A stretch of DNA of 64,000 nt from Ignavibacteriota bacterium (GTDB lineage: Bacteria; Bacteroidota; Ignavibacteria; UBA10030; UBA6906), in assembly GCA_963801355.1 (NCBI GenBank), contig CAWDEM010000004.1:160001-224000 (forward strand), in the 5' to 3' direction. Shown piece by piece: positions 1 to 10,881 of this stretch. The translations under genes were made by a program, and so were the position numbers. Every line of letters starts with the position of its first letter. Position 1 is the first letter of the stretch. Under the pieces are notes generated by a model. That model searched no databases. It was not told the origin of the DNA and saw only the letters and a list, made by a program, of their open reading frames with translations.

Positions 1-1838
<1,838 letters not shown>

Positions 1839-2153
1839 CTACCGGAAACGGATATCCCGAATCACGTCCGATCCCGCTGCCGCGTTCAACTTGTGTATGA
1901 TCTCAAGACGCTTGAGTGTCAGTTCCGCCCGCCAGGGGGCGGTCTTCACACTCACAAACAACACCCCGTTGTCGATGCGTTGCGGCTCGGTCACCCTTGC
2001 GATCTGCTCCCCGACAATCTCCGCCCATCCGGCAAGTACCCGGTACCGGCGCAGCGTTCCGTCAATCCCCAACGCTGCCACCAATTCTTCGATCGCGCTG
2101 CCGATATGCACGGGCTGGTGCTTTTTCCCTTTCGTTTCAGAACGGCGCTTCAC
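1839..2153 (-). CDS. dciA: DUF721/DciA family replicative helicase loader
   Basis: W..IVGEQIA..TEP..I.NGVLFVSV...PWRAEL pattern; located between recF and gyrB. Start placed at GTG 2153 rather than the track's 2228. Confidence 0.85.
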   Translation of the reverse strand: MKRRSETKGKKHQPVHIGSAIEELVAALGIDGTLRRYRVLAGWAEIVGEQIARVTEPQRIDNGVLFVSVKTAPWRAELTLKRLEIIHKLNAAAGSDVIRDIRFR

Positions 2154-3273
2154 GGCACCTCCCGCCCTCAACGATGATTCTCCGGTGCTCACTCGTCCAC
2201 CGCATCCCCTGCCCGATGAGGGATTCATCCGTCGCTGTCATGATGCTCTGCCCCTTCGTCTGCAGACGCTGCATGACACATGCCGCACGCTGACGGTCAA
2301 GTTCTGCGAAGAGGTCGTCCAGCAGGAGCATCGGCGTTTCACCGCAGCGTACGGTGACGTATTCATACTCGGCAAGCTTCAGCGCGATCAACAGTGTCTT
2401 GTGCTCGCCCTGTGACGCATACTGCTCCGACGCGAGCCCGTCGATGGTAAACGCAAGGTCATCGCGGTGCGGGCCTACCAGTGTTGCACCCCGCCGCCGC
2501 TCCTCTGCACTCCGTCTCTCCAGCGCCCGGCCGAAGTGCTCCGCAATCGTCTCCACCGTCGACTGCGCATCCACGCCTCCGACCGTCATATAGCGTACGG
2601 CAGCACTCACACCCGCTCCTGCGAGGAAGTTGTATGCCGCACCAAATTCCTCCCGGAGCGCATCAATACATACGGCGCGTTTGTGTATAAGGCGGCTGCC
2701 AAGCCGGACCAGCTCATCATTCCAGGCCGGCAATTCTCCCGCCGGGGATGCACCGTTCAACCGCGCATCCAGCAGCAATTTGTTGCGCTGGCGCAGAACT
2801 CTGCGGTACTCGACAATGTCCGCAAAATACGTACGGCTTGTCTGACACAATACCAGGTCCAGAAACTTCCGGCGCTCCGCCGGGCTGCCGGTAATAATGC
2901 CGGCCTGCTCCGGAGAAAGAATGACCGCCGGAAACATGCCGATCAGAGCCGACATCCGGTCCAGCGCGCTTCCGTTCACCTGAACGCTCTTCTCACCCGA
3001 CAGCGCGTCCACACTGATCCGTACGTTGGACGCTCTGCCGGCGGCATCGGCCATCGCCGCGTGTACCTCCATAAGGGTGCGTCCCAGCATTACCACCTGG
3101 AGGTCGCTTGCGGCATAAAAACTCTTGCTCAGGCTGAGATACGAGACAGCCTCAAGAACGTTGGTCTTTCCCTGCCCGTTGTTGCCGAGCAACAGGGTTA
3201 TTCCCGGGCCAAACTGCAGATGTGAGTCGGCGTGATTGCGAAATGCTGAAAGATGCAACGACCGAACCTGCAT
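2137..3273 (-). CDS. recF: DNA replication/repair protein RecF
   Basis: Walker A GNNGQGKTN, GPHRDDL, ASQGE and LLLDD motifs; synteny with dnaN. Confidence 0.97.
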   Translation of the reverse strand: MQVRSLHLSAFRNHADSHLQFGPGITLLLGNNGQGKTNVLEAVSYLSLSKSFYAASDLQVVMLGRTLMEVHAAMADAAGRASNVRISVDALSGEKSVQVNGSALDRMSALIGMFPAVILSPEQAGIITGSPAERRKFLDLVLCQTSRTYFADIVEYRRVLRQRNKLLLDARLNGASPAGELPAWNDELVRLGSRLIHKRAVCIDALREEFGAAYNFLAGAGVSAAVRYMTVGGVDAQSTVETIAEHFGRALERRSAEERRRGATLVGPHRDDLAFTIDGLASEQYASQGEHKTLLIALKLAEYEYVTVRCGETPMLLLDDLFAELDRQRAACVMQRLQTKGQSIMTATDESLIGQGMRWTSEHRRIIVEGGRCREAPF

Positions 3274-3297
3274 CTGCCTCCCTGCTTATAATACGGC

Positions 3298-3318
3298 AGC
3301 CCCGCTTGTGACGGGGCT
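3298..3318 (-). terminator. Hairpin between dnaN and recF (possible terminator or processing stem)
   Basis: Minus strand AGCCCCGT-CACAA-GCGGGGCT; no clear U tract. Confidence 0.4.
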
Positions 3319-3378
3319 TCCGAAATGTTTTCGCGTAACCCGACGCGGGTGCACACTCCACACTGACACGCGTACCGC

Positions 3379-4494
3379 CTACGTGTTCAACCGCACCGGC
3401 ATAATCAACATGACTGTTGATTCATGCTGCAGCTCCTCAGCCGGAACGATGATCCCGGCGCGCGTTGACGTGCTGAATTTCAGTATGACCCGGTCCGTAT
3501 CAAGATGCGTCAGGATGTCGCCCAGATATATTGCATTGAATCCTATCTCCATCCTCTCCCCGTCATATTCACACGGCAACGTTTCCGTCGCCTCTCCACC
3601 GAAATCCACATCCTGTGCGCTGAGTTTCAAGCTGTTCGTGTCGAGTTCAAGCTTTATCTGATGTGTTGTCGCACTGGCATATAGCGATACCCGGCGGATC
3701 GATGCAATCGCCTGATCCCGGTTCACCGTTGCCAGTTTGGTGTTGTCCTGCGGAATCACACTTTCATAATTTGGATAGGTTTCCTCAATGATACGGGAAA
3801 TCAATACCGAATGATTATAGGCAAATCTGGCATGCGTGTCACTGATGCTCACCGTACACGTACCGGATTCAAGCGCCTTCGCCAGAATGCCCATTGCCTT
3901 AGACGGAATGATAACATCCTTGCTCAGACGCGCAGGTGAATCCGTGCGATAGCTCGCACGCGACAGCCGGTGACCGTCGGTGGCAACCGCTCGAATTTCC
4001 GTTCCGCTGGCCTGAAGAAGTATTCCCATCATCGCCGGGCGGAGTTCATCGGTACTCACTGCAAACGATGTGCGATACACCAATTTCTTAATGGCGCTGC
4101 TCTCAATAACAAATTCACTACTCCCCTTGAACGGCGGTATCTGGGGATATTCCTTCGCCGGTTCACCGGTAAGAGCATATTCCCCGGTCGGCGTTGTTAT
4201 GCGTATTTTGCTCGTCGTAGGATCAATTACAAACGTCACACCGGTATCCGGCAGCGATCTCATCGTATCAAGCAGTCTCTTCGCCGGAATGGCTACAATT
4301 CCATCTTCACTACCGCTCACATCAATTCCAATAGTGGAACTTACCACCAGATCCGTGGCCGTAACATTCAGAGTATTGTTCACCAATTCAAATAACAGTG
4401 TTTCAAGAATGGGCATTGTCGATTTGGAAGGAATAACACCCGCGAGTTTGGAGAGAATACGCTGGAGGTCCGAGGTACTGACCGTAAATTTCAT
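3379..4494 (-). CDS. dnaN: DNA polymerase III beta sliding clamp
   Basis: ATDL, VATDGHRL, YPNYESVIP, IGFNA.YL and C-terminal LIMPVRL motifs; 371 aa. Confidence 0.98.
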   Translation of the reverse strand: MKFTVSTSDLQRILSKLAGVIPSKSTMPILETLLFELVNNTLNVTATDLVVSSTIGIDVSGSEDGIVAIPAKRLLDTMRSLPDTGVTFVIDPTTSKIRITTPTGEYALTGEPAKEYPQIPPFKGSSEFVIESSAIKKLVYRTSFAVSTDELRPAMMGILLQASGTEIRAVATDGHRLSRASYRTDSPARLSKDVIIPSKAMGILAKALESGTCTVSISDTHARFAYNHSVLISRIIEETYPNYESVIPQDNTKLATVNRDQAIASIRRVSLYASATTHQIKLELDTNSLKLSAQDVDFGGEATETLPCEYDGERMEIGFNAIYLGDILTHLDTDRVILKFSTSTRAGIIVPAEELQHESTVMLIMPVRLNT

Positions 4495-4519
4495 CGTGAT
4501 CTCCCTGGAGGCAAAAATG

Positions 4520-4800
4520 AGGGGATAAACATGTCAGTGAAATCAAGGAAATATACGGAAAAGCTATATAATATTCCAGTTTTTAAAGAAAAGAAGAAAA
4601 GATAAGAGTAGTAATAGTAGTGTGCAAAGGTTGATAAAACGAAAAGTGGAATGATGAACAGGCGCGAGTATGTAGTAACCGGCATACAGCTCATAAGGTG
4701 CTTGAGAACGAGAGTGTGAACAAGCGAGGAGTTGCCAACAGCTGTGTGGATAAAGAAAAAGAGATAGGCAAAAGAGTGTTGTTATGAACAGTGAACTGAC
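4520..4800. other. oriC unwinding region (DnaA boxes, DnaA-trios, AT-rich tract) between dnaA and dnaN
   Basis: Perfect box TGTGGATAA 4745-4753; degenerate boxes at 4621-4629, 4629-4637 and 4715-4723; TAA-GAG-TAG-TAA-TAG-TAG trios at 4603-4620; A-rich tract about 4555-4602. Confidence 0.85.
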
Positions 4801-4853
4801 ACATTATCACCGCAATCAAGAGCACAGCACACATATTGAGAACATGCAGAGCA

Positions 4854-6353
4854 TCATACGTGGCCAAGCATCTGGAGACGGCGTTTGATCTGTTGTACAT
4901 GGGTCTGATACTTGGTATCCACCCGCATCTGATCTTCTACAGATTGATAGGCGTGGATAACCGTACTATGATCGCGCCCGCCAAAATGCATGCCGATGGT
5001 CTTGAGAGAAGCGTTGGTGAGTTCTTTGATCAAATACATGGCAATCTGGCGCGCGTTGACGATCTCCTGCTTTCTCGTCTTGGCACGCAGAAGATCATCG
5101 GGAATGCTGAAGTATTCACAGACTGTTTTCTGTATCGTTTCAATGGTAATCGGCGAACGCACATCGCCGATCACTACTTTCAGCACGTCACGGGCGAGAT
5201 CCAGGTTGATTTCGCGGCCCTCAAGTGATGACCGGGCCAGGAGGCTGATAAGACATCCTTCCAGCTCGCGGATGTTGGAGGTAACGTTGCCGGCAATGAA
5301 CTCCACGACGTCTTGCGGAAGCTCAATTCCGTCATCCACGCTCTTCTTTAACAAGATGGCGATGCGGGTCTCAAGATCCGGGGGTTGGATGTCTGACGTC
5401 AATCCCCATTGAAAACGGGAAAGTAAACGGTCGTCCAGACCCTTAAGGTCTTTGGGAGGCCGGTCGGAAGACAGGACGATCTGTTTGCCGAGCTGGTGGA
5501 GCTCATTGAACGTATGGAAGAAGCTGTCCTGCGTCTTCTCCTTTCCGGAGAGAAACTGAATGTCGTCTACGATAAGGACATCCATACTCCGGTAGAAATT
5601 TGAAAAATCGTTTGTCCGGTTGCTCTGAATGGCATCCACAAAGTCCACGGTGAACTTCTCGCTGGAGACATACATCACCCGCCGTGCTTTGCCGTGAGCA
5701 AGCACATGATTGCCGATGGCTTGAATAAGGTGGGTTTTGCCAAGACCTGTTCCACCGTAGATAACGAGGGGATTGAAGGATGTTCCCCCGGGGTTATTTG
5801 CCACCGCCGAAGCGGCTGCACGGGCCAGCTGGTTACTATCGCCCTTGATATAGTTATCGAACGTGTAACGCGGGTTGAGGAAACTCTGGAAATTCATCGT
5901 GACGGGTTCGGTACGCAGCGACAGGGGCTCCGGCGGACGCAACGGCGTCGTTGATTGAAAGCGCGATTGAAGAGCCGGGCTGGAAGGGCGCACCGGAAGC
6001 ACGGGCGGCACATATTCAAGGTCCTGCGGCGATTCCTCTGTCCGTATGGAGTATTCCAGGCGGGCGTTCTTCCCGAGGACATCAGTGATCGTGCTGTTAA
6101 TAATGGTACAGTAGTGCTCATCCAGCCAATCGTAGAAAAACTGGCTGGGCACCTGTACTCTCAACGCGCCGCTGTCCAGTTCCTGAGGAACGATCGGCTC
6201 GAACCAGGTCTTGAAGCTCTGTGAATTGACCCGTTCTCTGATCTGATCCATGCATGCCGTCCAGACTCGTTCGGCCTGCTCCTTGGATGATGGCTGCGGA
6301 ACCTGGCTCGCGCTGTTAGTGATATTCAAAGCGGAAGTTGGCGAGTTATCCAT
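4854..6353 (-). CDS. dnaA: Chromosomal replication initiator DnaA
   Basis: YTFDNYIKG, FNPLVIYGGTGLGKTHL, DDIQFL, NIRELEG, GGRDHSTVIHA. Confidence 0.99.
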   Translation of the reverse strand: MDNSPTSALNITNSASQVPQPSSKEQAERVWTACMDQIRERVNSQSFKTWFEPIVPQELDSGALRVQVPSQFFYDWLDEHYCTIINSTITDVLGKNARLEYSIRTEESPQDLEYVPPVLPVRPSSPALQSRFQSTTPLRPPEPLSLRTEPVTMNFQSFLNPRYTFDNYIKGDSNQLARAAASAVANNPGGTSFNPLVIYGGTGLGKTHLIQAIGNHVLAHGKARRVMYVSSEKFTVDFVDAIQSNRTNDFSNFYRSMDVLIVDDIQFLSGKEKTQDSFFHTFNELHQLGKQIVLSSDRPPKDLKGLDDRLLSRFQWGLTSDIQPPDLETRIAILLKKSVDDGIELPQDVVEFIAGNVTSNIRELEGCLISLLARSSLEGREINLDLARDVLKVVIGDVRSPITIETIQKTVCEYFSIPDDLLRAKTRKQEIVNARQIAMYLIKELTNASLKTIGMHFGGRDHSTVIHAYQSVEDQMRVDTKYQTHVQQIKRRLQMLGHV

Positions 6354-6590
6354 AGCAGATCTTCAGATATTCACAATTTTATCCACACACGTGTGTGCAA
6401 GTATCTTCAACATCAGGATGTCCAGGAGTTATCCACATATTCACTTATCCACACTGCTCCATAACAGCAATATTATGAATTGGTTATGGATATTTGTTAC
6501 GGAGGAGTGTGATGGATGTCAATAAGGCGGATGCGGAAGGGGGAAGCGCCGGTCTAGGAGACTGACAATTCACATGTTATCAACATGTTT
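6346..6590. promoter_or_regulatory. DnaA-box cluster upstream of dnaA (second origin half and/or autoregulation)
   Basis: TTATCCACA at 6379-6387, 6429-6437 and 6445-6453; TTATCCATA 6346-6354 over the dnaA start codon; TTATCAACA 6577-6585. Confidence 0.88.
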
Positions 6591-6611
6591 TCCCTGCCGC
6601 GTCCATATATC

Positions 6612-6640
6612 AAAATAAGGTTTCCAGGGGGGGAGCGCAA
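6612..6640 (-). promoter_or_regulatory. Putative sigma70 promoter of dnaA
   Basis: Minus strand TTGCGC-N17-TATTTT. Confidence 0.45.
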
Positions 6641-6672
6641 GGACTTTCTATGCAATGGTGCGTTCTTTACGA

Positions 6673-6701
6673 TTGTAAGTCTGGCCTGTTATTCTTATCT
6701 T
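6673..6701 (+). promoter_or_regulatory. Putative sigma70 promoter of the rpmH operon
   Basis: TTGTAA-N17-TATCTT. Confidence 0.5.
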
Positions 6702-6750
6702 GACATACTTTGTTGGTCTCCAGGAATGTTGAGAGAAGTGAGGGAAGAAT

Positions 6751-6897
6751 ATGAAGAGGACGTTTCAGCCTCATATCCGGAAACGAAAGAACACGCACGG
6801 TTTCCGTGCCCGCATGGCGACAAAAACCGGGCGTCAGGTAATTGCCCGGAGGCGGGCCAGAGGGCGCAAGAAACTCACGGTCAGCGACGAACGGTAG
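6751..6897 (+). CDS. rpmH: 50S ribosomal protein L34
   Basis: Below the ORF-track size cut-off; manual translation [48 protein letters not shown]. Confidence 0.98.
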   Translation: MKRTFQPHIRKRKNTHGFRARMATKTGRQVIARRRARGRKKLTVSDER

Positions 6898-7290
6898 GTG
6901 AAGCCGGTCGAACCGCTCCGGGGCCACGCTGCATTCGACCGTGTTTTTGATGGCGGCCGGAAAATCGGTGGCGCGTTAACGGTGTGCGTGTATCTCGTTG
7001 ATCGCGCGGGAAAGGCCGCCCTTCGTGTCGGATTCGCGGTTTCGAGCAGGCAGTTCAATGCTGTGCGGAGAAACCGTGTGCGGCGGTTGATGCGCGAGGC
7101 CGTTCGTCATGAGTGTACGCCACTGTACGCGGCACTGACACAGCTCCGCGTCTCCGCAGATCTTGTGGTGGTTTTCCGTCCGCGACCGAACCTTGATGTG
7201 CACCGTCTTACCCTTGCGCCGTTCCGCTCGGACATTGCCGATGTGTTCGGCCGGCTCGCCGAACGGCTCCTGGAGCCTGCACATGCGTAA
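6898..7290 (+). CDS. rnpA: Ribonuclease P protein component
   Basis: RVGFAVS...NAVRRNRVRRLMRE (RNR motif); directly after rpmH. Confidence 0.93.
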   Translation: MKPVEPLRGHAAFDRVFDGGRKIGGALTVCVYLVDRAGKAALRVGFAVSSRQFNAVRRNRVRRLMREAVRHECTPLYAALTQLRVSADLVVVFRPRPNLDVHRLTLAPFRSDIADVFGRLAERLLEPAHA

Positions 7291-7492
7291 CGCCGTCATC
7301 CTCCTCATTCGTGCTTACCAGCTGGCGCTTGCACCGCTGTTGCCAGCCAATACATGCCGCTACTCTCCGACCTGCTCCCAATACGCCATCGATGCCGTGC
7401 AAAAGTACGGCGTGACCCGTGGCGGATGGCGGGCCATCAAGAGAATCGGCAGATGTCATCCGTTTCATCCGGGCGGATACGACCCCGCCTGA
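7283..7492 (+). CDS. yidD: Membrane protein insertion efficiency factor YidD
   Basis: CRYSPTCSQY...RCHPFHPGGYDP; start set at ATG 7283. Confidence 0.95.
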   Translation: MRNAVILLIRAYQLALAPLLPANTCRYSPTCSQYAIDAVQKYGVTRGGWRAIKRIGRCHPFHPGGYDPA

Positions 7493-7518
7493 TTGTTGTT
7501 CTGCGCTAAGGGCACCCC

Positions 7519-9318
7519 ATGGATAAGCAATCGACATTTGGCTTCATACTCATCGGCATCATCCTTCTGGGATGGATGTGGCTGCAATCGCCACCCCCAC
7601 CCCCCTCCCCTGCCATCACCGATACGCTGTCTGTTCAGGGGAAAGCCCCCGTGGATACGGTGCGTCATGCCCCGGCACCTGCGGCCGTTGAGCCACGCAA
7701 GCCCTCCGGGTCGGATGTACTGGAACTGGGGAGCGCCTTCACCGGCAGAGAAAAGGGTGTTGAGAAGACCGTCACAATCGTGACAGAACTCTACACGGCG
7801 CAGCTCACGACACGCGGCGGCCTCCTCAAAACCTGGGAACTCCACAAGTACAAGAGCTGGGATGGGTATCCCGTACAGCTCCTGCAGGCCGAATCGGGTG
7901 GGGATATCAGCGTGCTGTTCACGTCGCGTGACGGACGGTTGATCAATACACACGGATTATTCTTCGATGTTGATGGGCCGTTTACCGACCGCATTACACT
8001 GACCGGGAGCGATTCCTGTATGGTGGCATTGGCTCTTCGCGCCAACGACGGAGGGCGTATCGTGAAACGCTTCACGTTTCACGGCAATGACTATGCGTTC
8101 GGACTGAAACTGGATTTCGAACGGATGGATTCGGTCATCTCGAATTTTGAGTACCAGGTCGTGTGGGAGAACGGCATCCGGTATGCAGAAGAGAACAGCG
8201 TGGACGAATCCAGCTTTGCCATGGCGTATGCCTATTCCGGCGGAGAGCTGACTGAAGTCGATGCATCCAGCGTCGGAGAGAATGTGCAGCGCGACATTAC
8301 GGGCGCCGCCGATTGGGTTGCGCAGCGGAACAAATATTTCATCGCGGCAATGTTGCCGCGGGGCACGAAAAGTGAAGGAGCGTATCTGGAGGGTGTTGCG
8401 CTTGGCATGCCGAATAGTGGTGTGCTGGAGCAATACGGGATGGCGTTGAAAATGCCGTTTCGCGGCCGCGCGAGCGAAAGCGCCAGCCTGGATGTCTACA
8501 TCGGACCGCTCGAATACGATCGGATGAAAGCATTCGGACTCGGCCTCGAGACAACCATGAACCTCGGTGCCGCGTGGATCATCCGTCCGATCTCTGAATA
8601 TGTGATGATACCGCTGTTCAAGTTCCTGCGCTGGTTCATCCCGAACTATGGGGTGGTCATCATCGTGTTTTCTCTGATCATCAAAATCGCACTGCACCCG
8701 CTGACAAAGACCAGCATGCGGTCAATGCGCAAGATGCAGAAGCTGGCGCCCATGATTGAGGAGATCAAAGCAAAGTACAAGGACGACCAGCAGAAGCTGA
8801 GCCAGGCCACGATGAATCTGTACAAGGAGTACGGGGCCAACCCGGCGTCGGGTTGCCTGCCCATGTTGCTGCAGATGCCGATCCTGTTTGCACTGTACGC
8901 GGTCTTCCGGTCGTCGATTGAACTGCGTCAATCATCATTCGTCTGGTGGATCAAAGATCTCTCGATTCCGGATTACCTCATCCATCTGCCATTCAGCATT
9001 CCACTCGTGGGCATCTCCGCGTTGAGCGGACTTGCACTCCTGATGACTGCAACGACGATCATCCAGCAAAAGCAGACAGTCACGGATCCGCGGCAGAAGG
9101 CAATGGTCTGGATGATGCCGCTGATGATGTTGTTGATTTTCAACAGCCTGCCGTCCGGTTTGAATCTCTACTACTTTGTGTTCAACCTTCTGTCGATAGG
9201 GCAACAGATGCTCTTTAACCGGCAGCACAAGGATGAGCCGTTGCGGAAAGTCGATCCCAAGAAGTCACAAGGGGGGATCCTGAGCCGAATAGCGAAGGAC
9301 CTGCCGAAAAGGAAGTAA
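7519..9318 (+). CDS. yidC: Membrane protein insertase YidC
   Basis: N-terminal TM, large periplasmic domain, NYGVVII, GCLPMLLQMPI, PSGLNLYY. Confidence 0.97.
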   Translation: MDKQSTFGFILIGIILLGWMWLQSPPPPPSPAITDTLSVQGKAPVDTVRHAPAPAAVEPRKPSGSDVLELGSAFTGREKGVEKTVTIVTELYTAQLTTRGGLLKTWELHKYKSWDGYPVQLLQAESGGDISVLFTSRDGRLINTHGLFFDVDGPFTDRITLTGSDSCMVALALRANDGGRIVKRFTFHGNDYAFGLKLDFERMDSVISNFEYQVVWENGIRYAEENSVDESSFAMAYAYSGGELTEVDASSVGENVQRDITGAADWVAQRNKYFIAAMLPRGTKSEGAYLEGVALGMPNSGVLEQYGMALKMPFRGRASESASLDVYIGPLEYDRMKAFGLGLETTMNLGAAWIIRPISEYVMIPLFKFLRWFIPNYGVVIIVFSLIIKIALHPLTKTSMRSMRKMQKLAPMIEEIKAKYKDDQQKLSQATMNLYKEYGANPASGCLPMLLQMPILFALYAVFRSSIELRQSSFVWWIKDLSIPDYLIHLPFSIPLVGISALSGLALLMTATTIIQQKQTVTDPRQKAMVWMMPLMMLLIFNSLPSGLNLYYFVFNLLSIGQQMLFNRQHKDEPLRKVDPKKSQGGILSRIAKDLPKRK

Positions 9319-9347
9319 GCACGCCACTGCAGGTATGTATGCATATG

Positions 9348-9384
9348 CGAGCCCCGCCGGACACCGGCGGGGCTCGACTGTTTG
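9348..9384 (+). terminator. Intrinsic terminator-like hairpin after yidC
   Basis: 13-bp perfect stem CGAGCCCCGCCGG-ACA-CCGGCGGGGCTCG followed by ACTGTTTG. Confidence 0.65.
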
Positions 9385-9389
9385 CAGCA

Positions 9390-9418
9390 TTGCGCCTCGA
9401 TGCTGAAATTCGTAGAAT
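9390..9418 (+). promoter_or_regulatory. Putative sigma70 promoter of mnmE-mnmG-rsmG
   Basis: TTGCGC-N17-TAGAAT. Confidence 0.55.
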
Positions 9419-9443
9419 ATTTGCTGTCAACGTGCGTGGATAC

Positions 9444-10877
9444 ATGCAAAATAGCGATACAATAACGGCTATAGCAACCGCGCCTGGAGTAAGTGCCGTG
9501 GCAATCGTGCGGGTGAGCGGACCGCAGGCCGTGGGTGTGGCCGATGCGGTGTTCCGGGGCCGGGCGCCGCTTTCCCGGGCTGCCGGTTTTACCGTGCACT
9601 ACGGGCATGCCGTGGACAGATCCGGGGAACCGGTGGATGAAGTGCTGGCGACCATTTTCCGCGCGCCGCATTCGTACACGGGGGAAGACCTCGTGGAGTT
9701 CGGGTGCCACGGAGGGGCTGTGGTGACCGCCGCTGTGCTGGATGCGCTTCTGGGAGCGGGGGCGCGGAATGCAGAGCCGGGAGAATTCACCCGGAGGGCC
9801 TTTCTGAACGGGAGAATGGATCTTTCTCAGGCTGAAGCCGTGGCCGATCTCATTGGTGCTCGCAGCGGTCGGGCACGGCGGGCATCACTGGAGCAGCTGT
9901 CCGGGCGCCTCGGGAGCCGTGTGGGCGAACTGCGCAAAGAGCTCCTGGATTTATGTGCGTTATTGGAACTTGATCTGGATTTTGCGGAAGAAGGATTGGA
10001 GGTCATCAAACCCTCCGACGTGGAAATGCGGCTTGGGGCGGCGGCTTCGTGCGTGCGCCACCTAGCTTCAACCTACGAAGAAGGACGGCTGTACCGCGAC
10101 GGCGTGGCGGTCGTCTTCGCCGGAAGACCCAATGCCGGCAAGTCAAGCCTCTTCAACGCCCTCCTGAAGGAGGAACGCGCAATTGTCACCGCCGTTCCCG
10201 GAACCACGCGGGACTTCCTCGAAGAATCTGTCTCCCTTGACGGAATCCTGTTCCGTTTGATCGATACCGCAGGAATCCATGTGAGCGAGAATGCAATAGA
10301 ACAGGAAGGCATTCTTCGCGCTCGAAATGCACTGCGCACCGCTGACATCATCGTGCTGGTAATAGATGCGACTGAGGAAATCTCGCCCGGCATCCCCACT
10401 AAAGAACTGGGTCCGCTTACGGAAGGACAGAAACTTCTCATAACCCTCAACAAAACCGATCTTCTGAAAAACGGTCCTCTGAAAAGCGGTCCTTTGAAAA
10501 CCGATCGTTGGGATCATGCACTCTCAGCAGATTTGGGCAACGGCGTGGAAGGTAGCGGCGAGGTTCTTCTGCCGGTTTCAGCTCTGACCGGAGATGGGAT
10601 TCAGGAACTGCACAAGACTCTCGTGAAGCTTGCATCCTCAGGATTCAGGTCGGACGAACATGATGTGATAATCACAAACCGTAGACATAAGGAGGCCCTT
10701 GAACGGGCGGCAGCGGACCTGGATCGGGCACGCACGACCCTGTCTCAGGGAGCGACTAACGAATTTGTCGCCCTGGATCTCCGGGAAGCTGTAAACTCCC
10801 TCTCGGAAATCACAGGTCAGCTGACAAGCGAAGAAATACTGAATGCCATTTTCTCCCGATTTTGCATAGGAAAGTGA
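9444..10877 (+). CDS. mnmE: tRNA modification GTPase MnmE
   Basis: [45 protein letters not shown]-terminal FCIGK; start at ATG 9444. Confidence 0.98.
   Translation: MQNSDTITAIATAPGVSAVAIVRVSGPQAVGVADAVFRGRAPLSRAAGFTVHYGHAVDRSGEPVDEVLATIFRAPHSYTGEDLVEFGCHGGAVVTAAVLDALLGAGARNAEPGEFTRRAFLNGRMDLSQAEAVADLIGARSGRARRASLEQLSGRLGSRVGELRKELLDLCALLELDLDFAEEGLEVIKPSDVEMRLGAAASCVRHLASTYEEGRLYRDGVAVVFAGRPNAGKSSLFNALLKEERAIVTAVPGTTRDFLEESVSLDGILFRLIDTAGIHVSENAIEQEGILRARNALRTADIIVLVIDATEEISPGIPTKELGPLTEGQKLLITLNKTDLLKNGPLKSGPLKTDRWDHALSADLGNGVEGSGEVLLPVSALTGDGIQELHKTLVKLASSGFRSDEHDVIITNRRHKEALERAAADLDRARTTLSQGATNEFVALDLREAVNSLSEITGQLTSEEILNAIFSRFCIGK
10449..10508 (+). repeat. 4 x 15-bp degenerate tandem repeat inside mnmE
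   Basis: AACAAAACCGATCTT/CTGAAAAACGGTCCT/CTGAAAAGCGGTCCT/TTGAAAACCGATCGT ([20 protein letters not shown]). Confidence 0.75.
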
Positions 10878-10881
10878 CCTG

